Below, in pieces: positions 48,360 to 57,239 of a stretch of 64,000 bases of DNA (positions are counted from its first letter, which is position 1; each line of letters starts with the position of its first letter). This stretch comes from an uncultured Sphingomonadaceae bacterium. Its GTDB lineage: Bacteria > Pseudomonadota > Alphaproteobacteria > Sphingomonadales > Sphingomonadaceae. The position numbers were made by a program, and so were the translations under genes. The stretch lies in contig CALKUK010000015.1 of NCBI GenBank assembly GCA_937996655.1, forward strand, positions 198,740-262,739, written 5' to 3'. Below the pieces are notes generated by a model, which made no database searches, had not been told where the DNA came from, and saw only the letters and a list, made by a program, of their open reading frames with translations.

Positions 48360-50006
48360 ATGAGCGAACGGGAATCGATGCCGTATGATGTTGTGATTGT
48401 TGGGGGCGGGCCTGCCGGCCTGTCTGCGGCCATCCGGATCAAACAGCTGAACGCGGATCTGTCGGTCTGCATCCTTGAAAAGGGATCGGAAGTCGGCGCG
48501 CACATCCTCTCTGGCGCGGTGTTCGATCCGCGGGCCATGGATGAGCTGCTCCCCGACTGGAAGGAACAGGGCTGCACCATGGCCGATGTGCCGGTGACGG
48601 AGAACCATCACTGGGTCCTCACCGCTGGCGGCCACATGGCCATCCCGCACATCTTCACCCCCGGCTGGATGCACAATAAGGGCACCTATACGGGCTCGCT
48701 CGGCAATCTGTGCCGTTGGCTCGCCGGGCAGGCGGAAAACCTCGGCGTGGAAATCTTCCCCGGCTTTCCGGCCGCCGAAATCCTCTACAATGAGGATGGC
48801 TCCGTTAAAGGTGTCGCCACCGGTGACATGGGCGTGGCGCGCGATGGCAGCCACAAGCCAGACTATCAGCCAGGCATGGAGCTGCATGCGAAATACACGC
48901 TCTTCGCCGAAGGCGCGCGCGGCCACCTGACCAAGCAGCTGAAGGCAAAGTTCGACCTCGAAGCGGATTGCCAGCCGCAGGTCTATGGGATCGGCATCAA
49001 AGAATTGTGGGATATTGATCCCGACAAGCATGAAGCGGGCCGCGTCATCCACACGCAGGGCTGGCCGCTCACCGAAAGCGACAGCTGGGGTGGTGGCTTC
49101 CTCTATCACCAGGCAAATAATCAGGTCGCCTTGGGCTTCGTTGTGGCGCTTGATTACAAGAATCCGCACGTCTTCCCATTTGAAGAATTCCAGCGCTGGA
49201 AGCAGCATCCGGAAATCCGCAAGATCCTCGAAGGCGGCAAGCGCATTTCCTATGGCGCCCGCGCGATCAACGAAGGCGGCTGGCAGTCTGTGCCGAAGCT
49301 CGCTTTCCCGGGCGGCGCGCTGATCGGCTGTTCGGCTGGTTTCGTGAACGTGCCCCGCATCAAGGGCAGCCATACCGCGATGAAGAGCGGCATGTTGGCG
49401 GCAGAAAGCATCGTTGCGGCGATTGCAGCGGGTCGCGAATTCGATGAGATCGCCGATTATCAGGCCAATCTCAACGACAGCTGGATCGCAACCGAGCTGA
49501 AGCTGGTGAAGAATGCGCAGCCCGCCGTTGCCAAATATGGCAATGACTATGGGACCATCCTTGCCGGTATCGACATGTGGATGCGGACGCTGAAGATCGG
49601 CCTGCCGATCACCATGAAGCATCACCGCGACAATGAAGCGACGGGCCGTGCGGATCTGTACCCCAAGATAGACTATCCCAAGCCCGATGGTGTCATTAGC
49701 TTTGACCGGCTCTCCTCGGTGTTCCTGTCGAACACCAATCATGAGGAAGACCAGCCCTGCCATCTGCAGTTGAAAGATCCGGATGTGCCGGTGAAGATCA
49801 ACCTGCCGCTCTATGATGAACCGGCGCAGCGTTATTGCCCGGCAGGCGTCTATGAAATCGTCGGCAAGGAAGAAGGCAATCCGCGCCTTCAGATTAATGC
49901 CCAGAATTGCGTCCACTGCAAAACCTGCGACATCAAGGACCCGACCCAGAACATCAACTGGGTCACGCCGGAGGGTGGCGGTGGCCCCAATTACCCGAAC
50001 ATGTAG
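48360..50006 (+). CDS. Electron-transfer flavoprotein-ubiquinone oxidoreductase
   Basis: VGGGPAGL, EKGSEVGAHILSGA and the C-terminal 4Fe-4S motif RYCPAGVYE...NAQNCVHCKTCD. Confidence 0.98.
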   Translation: MSERESMPYDVVIVGGGPAGLSAAIRIKQLNADLSVCILEKGSEVGAHILSGAVFDPRAMDELLPDWKEQGCTMADVPVTENHHWVLTAGGHMAIPHIFTPGWMHNKGTYTGSLGNLCRWLAGQAENLGVEIFPGFPAAEILYNEDGSVKGVATGDMGVARDGSHKPDYQPGMELHAKYTLFAEGARGHLTKQLKAKFDLEADCQPQVYGIGIKELWDIDPDKHEAGRVIHTQGWPLTESDSWGGGFLYHQANNQVALGFVVALDYKNPHVFPFEEFQRWKQHPEIRKILEGGKRISYGARAINEGGWQSVPKLAFPGGALIGCSAGFVNVPRIKGSHTAMKSGMLAAESIVAAIAAGREFDEIADYQANLNDSWIATELKLVKNAQPAVAKYGNDYGTILAGIDMWMRTLKIGLPITMKHHRDNEATGRADLYPKIDYPKPDGVISFDRLSSVFLSNTNHEEDQPCHLQLKDPDVPVKINLPLYDEPAQRYCPAGVYEIVGKEEGNPRLQINAQNCVHCKTCDIKDPTQNINWVTPEGGGGPNYPNM

Positions 50007-51633
50007 CGCGGTCGCACTGGCCCTGCTCGTCTGTGCGCCCGCCATGGCGCGTCCGTCCGAGCAGTCCGTGTTGGACCTCTACATGCAGGCGCGGCTGGCC
50101 GATGCGTCAGGCGCGGGGGATGTGGCGCTTCAATCTTACTCAGCGGCATTGCTCGCAGAGCCGGGCAATGCCGTCATTGCAAATCGCGCGCTCCGGCAGG
50201 CCATCGAAAATGGTGAGCGCAAGCTGGCGTTAGACGCGGCCCGCCAGTTAGAAGCCACGGGGGACCTCCCCGCCGATCTGCCCCTTCTCTTGTTGGGAGA
50301 TCGCCTTCTGGCAGGAGACTTGGCCGGTGCACGCGCGCAGGCCGACCGGGTAGAGGCCGACGGAAATCTTGGCTTTCTCGTGCCGGTTCTGCGCGGCTGG
50401 ATCGCTCTTGCCGCCCGCCAGCGCGATGCGGTGCGGGAATTTGACGCCGCACGCCAATCTGGCCTCGGCATCGGCTTCGTCAATCAGCAGCGCGCCATGG
50501 CCGAGCTGTCCGGGAGTGACCCAGACGCCGGAATTGCGCTCATCAAATCCATCGTGGCCGAAGACGGCCGACCGAGCCTTGCCCGCATCATTGGCGCTGC
50601 AACATTGCAGCGCAAAGGCCAGAAGGCCGCAGCGCTTGATCTGCTGGAAGGCAGCGACCAGATGATGGCGCTGGCCCGAGACCAGCTTGCAGCAGGCAAG
50701 CCGATTGGTGGCGCCGTCGACACACCGACGCGCGGCCTTGCCTTCTTCTATGCCAGTCTCGCCTCCGATCTTGTGCGCGACAAGGCGTCGGCCTTCGCCC
50801 TGACGCTGGCGCGCTATGGCCAGTTTCTCGATCCACAAAGCCCGTTCGTCGCGCTGTCCGTGGCCCAGTCTCTTGCGGCAAACGGCCTCGACGCCGAAGC
50901 CTTGGCGGCGCTCGATACGATCCGGCCGGGAAGCACCTTCATGCCGTTGGCCGATGAAAGCCGCCTTGCCCTGCTGGAGCGGCTGGGCCGGGGGGATGAT
51001 GCGGTCGCCCTCGCGACATCGTTCGCCGCCGGTTCAACCCGCGCCGTCGATCAGGTGCGGCTCGGTGATCTGCTCGGACGGCTCAACCGCCGCGCAGAAT
51101 CTGCCGCGGCCTATCAAAAGGCCATTGACGCGGCGGACCAGTCCGGTGCCCCAGCACCTTGGGGCCTCTATATGCTCAAGGGCAGCGCCCTTGCCCAGCA
51201 AGGCGCATGGGAAGACGGCCGTGCCGCCCTCCAAAGGTCACTCGAGCTCGGCCCGGATCAGCCCACAGTGCTTAACTTCCTCGGCTATTCGATGCTGGAG
51301 CGGCGAGAGGACATTCCCGAAGCCCTGCGTCTGATTGCCAAGGCCAGCACGCTGCGCCCCGAGGACACGGCAATCGCGGACTCGTTGGGCTGGGCCTATT
51401 TCCTTTCCGGCGACTACGAAAAGGCGGTTTCCACCCTGGAAAAGGCGGTCGATCTGGAACCGATCGAGCCGACCATCGGGGAGCATCTGGGCGATGCCTA
51501 TTGGCGCGCCGGACGCAAAGTCGACGCCCGTTACACTTGGCGCGCGGCCCTCTTGCTTGTCGAAGGCGCGGATGTTGCGCGGCTGGAAAGCAAAATCGAC
51601 ATGGGGCTGACCGACGCCAATATGGCGCGCTGA
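49981..51633 (+). CDS. Secreted tetratricopeptide-repeat protein
   Basis: TPR pattern (LNFLGYS, IADSLGWAYF, EHLGDAYW..GR..DAR..W). Start inferred at GTG 49981 (GGAG upstream, signal peptide follows); alternative ATG 50044. Confidence 0.85.
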   Translation: MAPITRTCSAVALALLVCAPAMARPSEQSVLDLYMQARLADASGAGDVALQSYSAALLAEPGNAVIANRALRQAIENGERKLALDAARQLEATGDLPADLPLLLLGDRLLAGDLAGARAQADRVEADGNLGFLVPVLRGWIALAARQRDAVREFDAARQSGLGIGFVNQQRAMAELSGSDPDAGIALIKSIVAEDGRPSLARIIGAATLQRKGQKAAALDLLEGSDQMMALARDQLAAGKPIGGAVDTPTRGLAFFYASLASDLVRDKASAFALTLARYGQFLDPQSPFVALSVAQSLAANGLDAEALAALDTIRPGSTFMPLADESRLALLERLGRGDDAVALATSFAAGSTRAVDQVRLGDLLGRLNRRAESAAAYQKAIDAADQSGAPAPWGLYMLKGSALAQQGAWEDGRAALQRSLELGPDQPTVLNFLGYSMLERREDIPEALRLIAKASTLRPEDTAIADSLGWAYFLSGDYEKAVSTLEKAVDLEPIEPTIGEHLGDAYWRAGRKVDARYTWRAALLLVEGADVARLESKIDMGLTDANMAR

Positions 51634-51639
51634 CATGTC

Positions 51640-52461
51640 ATGCGGCTGACGGACACGGCGCACGCCAAAATCAACCTGGCCCTCCATGTTCGCAAGCGGC
51701 GGGACGATGGCTATCATGAGCTTGAAACGCTCTTTGCCTTTACCGAAGCCGGTGATGTCTTGGGCGTGGAAGCCGCCGACGATTTCTCGCTGACGATCAC
51801 CGGGCCTTTTTCTGAAGAGCTTTCGGCCGGACCAGACAATTTGGTGCTGAAGGCGGCAAAGGCATTGGCGCAGGCAGCCGGACTTCAGGCGGGCGCGGCT
51901 TTCCACCTCGACAAGCGCTTGCCCATAGCCTCAGGCATTGGTGGCGGCTCGGCAGATGCGGCGGCAGCCTTGCGACTGGCCTCCCGGCTCTGGGCGCTCG
52001 GCACCGTGCGCCCGATGGATGTCGCCGCCGCACTCGGGGCAGATGTGCCCGCCTGTGTCCTGTCGCAAACCTGCTTTGGAACGGGCGTGGGCGAGCAGCT
52101 GGAGCCGGTGAAGGCGATTGCGCTAAGCGGGCTTCCCATCTTGCTCGTCAATCCGAGACTACCCTGCCCCACCGGGCCGGTGTTCAAGGCATGGGATGGT
52201 CTGGACCGGGGTGCCCTGCACTCAGAGGACTGGAAGACCGCCCGCAATGATCTGCAAGACCCGGCGCTTCGCCTTGTCCCTGAAATTGGTGTGGTGCTTC
52301 ACGCGCTGGCGGCGCAACCCGGCGTGCGCCTCACCCGCATGTCCGGATCAGGCGCCACCTGCTTTGCGCTGTTCGATAGTGAGACGGCGCGCGATACAGC
52401 GGCGGCAGCCCTTAGCGCCACACATGCCGATTGGTGGGTGCTGCCGACCACGCTGCTATAA
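51640..52461 (+). CDS. ispE: 4-diphosphocytidyl-2-C-methyl-D-erythritol kinase
   Basis: AHAKINLALHV...R.DGYHELET, KRLPIASGIGGGSADAAA, GADVPAC and MSGSGATCF. Confidence 0.97.
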   Translation: MRLTDTAHAKINLALHVRKRRDDGYHELETLFAFTEAGDVLGVEAADDFSLTITGPFSEELSAGPDNLVLKAAKALAQAAGLQAGAAFHLDKRLPIASGIGGGSADAAAALRLASRLWALGTVRPMDVAAALGADVPACVLSQTCFGTGVGEQLEPVKAIALSGLPILLVNPRLPCPTGPVFKAWDGLDRGALHSEDWKTARNDLQDPALRLVPEIGVVLHALAAQPGVRLTRMSGSGATCFALFDSETARDTAAAALSATHADWWVLPTTLL

Positions 52462-54552
52462 TCAGAAGCCGAAGCGGACCGAGAGCCGGAAATCCCGCCC
52501 GGCGAGGGGCGCATAATCTTTCAGGAAGCTCGCATGGCGGCGGGCATTCACATCGAAAATGTTGTTGGCGGACAGCAGCAGGCTCACATCGCGGTCACGG
52601 CCCCAGGGGCGGAAAGCAACGCTGCCATTCACCATGGTATAGCCTTTGGTGGTGGTTTCAAACGGCGCCACCCGGCTCTGACCATCGACCCATTCCGTCT
52701 CTGCGCGCAGGTCCAGCCTGCCGGATGTCGCCTCAAGGCCGCCCAGCAACCGCAAGGCAGGGATGCGGGGGGCAGCCTGATGACCAAGCGGCGTCACAAT
52801 GGTGGCACGTGTAAAGTCACCTACGCCATCAAGGTTCAGAGCAAACGCACCCCATTGGGTGAGCGTGACCGAGCCTTCGAACTCCGCCCCGAAATAGCGT
52901 GCTTTGTCCTGCTGGATGTTAAAGACGGGAAGGCCATCCTCAACCGTTCCATCGGGTTGTTCGTAAATGAAGTTGTTGAACCAGCTATGATAGACCGACG
53001 CGGCCAGATGGTAACCGGTGCCCTTCCCCCGCAGCGTCAGTTCGAGGCCCTTTGACACTTCCTCTCGGAAATCCGGGTTTCCAACTTCAAACGCCTGCGT
53101 GCCGGCGTGCGGCCCATTGGAGAAGAGTTCCTCTGCCGAAGGTGCGCGCTGCGTATAGGACGCATTCAGCCCCAGCCGCCAACCATCGACCAGTTCATAA
53201 GCGGCACCAATGGAACCGGAATAAGAGGTGAAACTGCGATCCAAATCCGGGTTGCCGAGCGTTGCATCTGCGGCCGCACTGGCATTGGTGCGTTCCACAC
53301 GGCCGCCTGCTTCCGCCCGCAGACGCCCAAGATCGAACGACTGAACGGTGAACAGCCCGAACTGGCTGCCCGTGCTTTTGGGCAGAAACTTCTCTGCCCC
53401 GATGATGTTGAGCTTCCGAAGGACAAGTTGCCCGCCGACAGCCCCCTTCCAGCCGTTGTGATCGCGCTGGACGAGTTCCACGCGCCCTTCCCATCCATCA
53501 TGGAGAAAGGTGGTGCCAATGGCACCCGCGGTGCTGAGTTCATTATGCTTATAGTCGGCATAACCGCCACGGAATCGGATGGACTCCAAGAAGCCTGAGG
53601 CCGGATTGATTTCGGCGCGCACATCAACGCGGGTCTGGTGCATATCGAGCCGCACCTCTTCCGCCGTCACCGCCGGATCGAGCGAATAGCGGACCGGCAC
53701 ACCGTAGAGATTACCAATCCGGCTCACCGAAAAGCCGAGATTGCCTGTGTCTGTGATGAGGGCCGCGCCGCCCGCGACCTCCCACATCCGCGCAGCACTA
53801 TTGGGAAGGCGATCCTTGAGCGTTGCGAGGTCCTGAATGGCAGGATCAGCGCTGGACGCTGCCTGCTGACGCAGGGCTGGAGACAGCAAAAATCCGCCCA
53901 CCGCCTGATCGCCTGTCTTCGAATAGGTGCCATCAAAGTGGACAACAAATTTATCGGACAGCGCGACATCGACACGGCTGCCGGCAGACCGCTCCTTAGC
54001 GGCCGAGCCATAGGTCAGATTGCCGTCTACATGCACGCCCTCTTCCGGGACGCTGCGCGGGATGCGGCTGTCGATGACGTTGACGACGCCGCCAATGGCG
54101 GAGGACCCGAAGATCAGCGAGGCTGGGCCGCGCAGCACTTCGATGCGATCCGCCGTCAGGGGGTTGATGACAACCGCGTGGTCTACACTGGTGTTCGAAA
54201 CATCAAAGCTGCCAATCCCATCAGCAAGGATGCGGACGCGCTCCCCCTGAAAACCGCGCAGCACCGGTCGCGATGCATTGGGACCGAAAGAGGTGGCAGA
54301 GACGCCGGCCTGCCGAGAGAGAGTTTCCCCGATGGTCGGGCGCACATCGCGCGCCAATTCCGTGGACGTCAAAACCGACGTTCCCGACAAAACGTCCTGC
54401 TGGTTCCGCCCGATGATGGCAGTGATGACGATATCCCCGCCATCGCTGTGGTCCCCATGTTGGCTACCTTCCGGCAGCGTCTGGGCAGACAGGGGAATAC
54501 CAGCAAAAAGGCCAATGGACACGGCCAGAGACGAAACAAAAGGACGCAACAA
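52462..54552 (-). CDS. TonB-dependent receptor, ZnuD-like (probable zinc uptake)
   Basis: Signal peptide, HGDH, TonB box DIVITA, plug GPNASRPVLRGF.G.R, DHAV, IEVLRGPASL.FGSSAIGGVVN and C-terminal ...VRFGF. Confidence 0.9.
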   Translation of the reverse strand: MLRPFVSSLAVSIGLFAGIPLSAQTLPEGSQHGDHSDGGDIVITAIIGRNQQDVLSGTSVLTSTELARDVRPTIGETLSRQAGVSATSFGPNASRPVLRGFQGERVRILADGIGSFDVSNTSVDHAVVINPLTADRIEVLRGPASLIFGSSAIGGVVNVIDSRIPRSVPEEGVHVDGNLTYGSAAKERSAGSRVDVALSDKFVVHFDGTYSKTGDQAVGGFLLSPALRQQAASSADPAIQDLATLKDRLPNSAARMWEVAGGAALITDTGNLGFSVSRIGNLYGVPVRYSLDPAVTAEEVRLDMHQTRVDVRAEINPASGFLESIRFRGGYADYKHNELSTAGAIGTTFLHDGWEGRVELVQRDHNGWKGAVGGQLVLRKLNIIGAEKFLPKSTGSQFGLFTVQSFDLGRLRAEAGGRVERTNASAAADATLGNPDLDRSFTSYSGSIGAAYELVDGWRLGLNASYTQRAPSAEELFSNGPHAGTQAFEVGNPDFREEVSKGLELTLRGKGTGYHLAASVYHSWFNNFIYEQPDGTVEDGLPVFNIQQDKARYFGAEFEGSVTLTQWGAFALNLDGVGDFTRATIVTPLGHQAAPRIPALRLLGGLEATSGRLDLRAETEWVDGQSRVAPFETTTKGYTMVNGSVAFRPWGRDRDVSLLLSANNIFDVNARRHASFLKDYAPLAGRDFRLSVRFGF

Positions 54553-54590
54553 AGCAGGCTCTCCGGTTGGGAATGGAGGTCCGCATAAAA

Positions 54591-54608
54591 GATATGTTAC
54601 ATTATATC
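54591..54608. promoter_or_regulatory. Candidate Zur box
   Basis: GATATGTTACATTATATC, an AT-rich imperfect palindrome 39 bp upstream of the receptor start. Confidence 0.65.
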
Positions 54609-54624
54609 AATACGCAAATCGTCC

Positions 54625-56454
54625 TCAGGTGAGTCCTAGCCTCTGCTCGACCAAGGCCAATGGCATGGCCCCGGCCTCCAGCACTGTTCCGTGGAACTCC
54701 CGCAAATCTGCGCCGGAGCCGCCGCGTGTGCGGAACCTTTCCCGCATGTCGAGCAGCCGCAATTGCCCAAGTTTATAGCCCAGTGCCTGACCCGGCCATG
54801 CCATATAGCGTTCTACTTCTGCGACGACCCGCACCTCGGCGATGCCCGTAATATCCTGCATCGTGCGGATTGCCTGTTCCCGCGTCCAGCGTTTGTGATG
54901 GATGCCTGTATCCACCACAAGCCGGACGGCGCGGAACAACTCATCCTGAAGCCGCCCCAGATCGCCCAAAGGATCATCAGCATAGGCCCCCAGATCCGCC
55001 ATCAAGCGCTCCGCATAGAGCCCCCAGCCTTCTTGATAGGCATTGAAGCTGGCGATCCGCAGCAAGAGCGGCGCCTCGCCAAATGCGGTCGCGACGGAGC
55101 CCTGCGTGTGGTGGCCGGGCACCCCTTCATGATAGCTGAGCGTCGGCAGTCGAAAGCGGGCGACAGCCGCCATGTCACGCAGGTTGATCCAATAGGTTCC
55201 GGGCCGCGACCCATCGAGCGATGGGCCATCGTAAAAGCCGCCCGGTGCGCCATCCTGCGTGGCCGCCGGCACCCGCTTCACGACGAGGCCCTGTTTCGGG
55301 ATTAACGCTTCGGGGAGCAATTTGGGGTAGAGCGCCTCGGCATCGCGCACCTTTTGGCGCACATAGGCCAGCAATTCCTCCCGACCTGCATCGCTATTGG
55401 CAAACTGGTTCGCCGGATCGCGCGCCAGTGCCGCCATACGGGCTCCGATAGATCCTTCGGTCATGCCACGTGCGGCCAGCAGAGCGTTCATCTGCGTCGT
55501 GATGCGGCCAACCTCAGCCATCCCGATGTCGTGAATATCATCCGGCGGTAATTGCGTGTCCCCCAGCGCGCGGACATTGGCCGCATAAAGCGCGTCGCCC
55601 TGTGGCTGGGCCCAAAGCCCAGCCTCTGTGCGGCCAGACGGCAGCATGGCGGCAATCTCGGCACGAAGGCGCGCCATGGCAGGCCGAGCGCGCCGCTGCA
55701 GCGAGAGCGTGGCGCGGCGCAAGGCAAGCTGACGCGTGCGCTTTGCGAGCCCGGCTTTCGCCATCCCCTCATCCAGCGCGCGCAGGAGCGGATGGGCAGC
55801 AGCGGGGCCAGACTGGAAAGCGTCCAAAACCGGCAACGTCTTTTCCATCAGGATTCGTGGCGGCAGACAGCCAGCGGCCCGGTCGGCACGGATCTTCTCA
55901 ACCACGCCGCCATAGGCCTGCGGAAAGGCGTCGAGCTTTTCAAGCCAGGCATCGACGGCGGCTGGCGTCTGGAGCGACTGCTGCTCCATCATGATATTCA
56001 GGCCGTCAATGTGCGGCCCATAAATCTGCGTCACAATATAAGGCACATGGCCCGCGAAGTGGAACGGGTTGATCTTGCCGTACGGGACACCGGCGGAGCG
56101 TGTGCCGTTTTCCAGCGTCGCTTCCACCACCGCGCGCTGGGTGGTTGTCCGCTCATCGCCGCTGCGTCGCATCGCAGCGACGGCCTTCTTGGCATCGGCA
56201 TAGGCAGTACGGATTTTCGCTTCCCCGGCGGGCGAATAATCATCCATCCGCCGCGCCAGCGGACCACCGGCGAGAGCGCCCGGCGTGCCATTATAAGTCG
56301 CGGTATCCGGCAGCAGCGCCAATAGCCGTGCCGTCACGTCCTCAAACGGATCGGGAGCGGGCGGCAGCACAAGCGGCTTGCGCTTTTTCGCCCAAACAGG
56401 GGCCGTAGGGACAAGTGCTGTGGCGACGAGAGTCTGGCGTCTGGAAAACTTCAT
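54625..56454 (-). CDS. DUF885-family Tat-exported putative metallopeptidase
   Basis: SRRQTL Tat motif; YHEGVPGHH, EGWGLYAE, E..RY..WPGQALGYK.G. Confidence 0.88.
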   Translation of the reverse strand: MKFSRRQTLVATALVPTAPVWAKKRKPLVLPPAPDPFEDVTARLLALLPDTATYNGTPGALAGGPLARRMDDYSPAGEAKIRTAYADAKKAVAAMRRSGDERTTTQRAVVEATLENGTRSAGVPYGKINPFHFAGHVPYIVTQIYGPHIDGLNIMMEQQSLQTPAAVDAWLEKLDAFPQAYGGVVEKIRADRAAGCLPPRILMEKTLPVLDAFQSGPAAAHPLLRALDEGMAKAGLAKRTRQLALRRATLSLQRRARPAMARLRAEIAAMLPSGRTEAGLWAQPQGDALYAANVRALGDTQLPPDDIHDIGMAEVGRITTQMNALLAARGMTEGSIGARMAALARDPANQFANSDAGREELLAYVRQKVRDAEALYPKLLPEALIPKQGLVVKRVPAATQDGAPGGFYDGPSLDGSRPGTYWINLRDMAAVARFRLPTLSYHEGVPGHHTQGSVATAFGEAPLLLRIASFNAYQEGWGLYAERLMADLGAYADDPLGDLGRLQDELFRAVRLVVDTGIHHKRWTREQAIRTMQDITGIAEVRVVAEVERYMAWPGQALGYKLGQLRLLDMRERFRTRGGSGADLREFHGTVLEAGAMPLALVEQRLGLT

Positions 56455-56519
56455 ATTCTACCCTGTTCTATCTGTTACCAGATGGTGACATTGCGCCGCG
56501 TTGCGGGCAACAGGAATTG

Positions 56520-57239
56520 ATGAACGACACTGCTTGGATCGACATAATTGGCCCCAATGACAGCCCTTACCTGTTGATTGCCGACCACGCATCCAACCGC
56601 GTGCCGGACGGCGTGGACCTTGGCATTGCCCCGGCGCTGCTCAATGAACACATCGCCATCGACATCGGTGTGGCAGAGCTTGGACGCGCATTGTGCGCGC
56701 GCCTCCGCTTCCCCGGGATCCTTGGAAATGTGTCCCGCCTTGTGGTTGATCTCAACCGCGAGGAATACGCCCCGCACATCATCCCGATTGCAAGCGATGG
56801 CCATGCCATCCCCGGCAATGCCATAGATCATGACGCCCGATTGGCGCGGATTGACTGCTATTGGCGTCCCTATCATGCGCGGATCGAAGCCCAGTTGGTT
56901 GCTCAGCGGCCCCGCCTGCTCATCTCGCTGCATAGCTTCACCCCGCAATTGGCGACCCGCCCCGAGGAGGAACGGCCTTGGGAGATTGGCATCCTCTACA
57001 ATCAGGACGAGCGCGCCGCGCGCATCGCCATCCCTTTACTGGAAGCTGCAGGGGTCCGTGTGGGCGATCAGCAGCCTTATTCCGGCAAACTCCTCAACGC
57101 GACGATGAACCGCCACGGTGAAGACACGGGCACGGCCTATCTCGGTATCGAGATGCGGCAGGACCTCATTGGAACGCCGGAAGGCGTTGCCAAATGGTGC
57201 GATGTGCTGGCGCCGGTGGTTGGAGCGATCATCCTTTAG
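56520..57239 (+). CDS. N-formylglutamate amidohydrolase family protein
   Basis: IADHASNRVP, HIA.DIG, SRLVVDLNR, SLHSFTP, GDQQPYSG and IEMRQDL. Start at 56520. Confidence 0.9.
   Translation: MNDTAWIDIIGPNDSPYLLIADHASNRVPDGVDLGIAPALLNEHIAIDIGVAELGRALCARLRFPGILGNVSRLVVDLNREEYAPHIIPIASDGHAIPGNAIDHDARLARIDCYWRPYHARIEAQLVAQRPRLLISLHSFTPQLATRPEEERPWEIGILYNQDERAARIAIPLLEAAGVRVGDQQPYSGKLLNATMNRHGEDTGTAYLGIEMRQDLIGTPEGVAKWCDVLAPVVGAIIL

Noticed and set aside
49813-50043. 606-aa version of the TPR ORF starting at 49813
   Set aside because: The extension overlaps the conserved Fe-S region of ETF-QO by ~190 nt and is not protein-like; the downstream GTG is more plausible.
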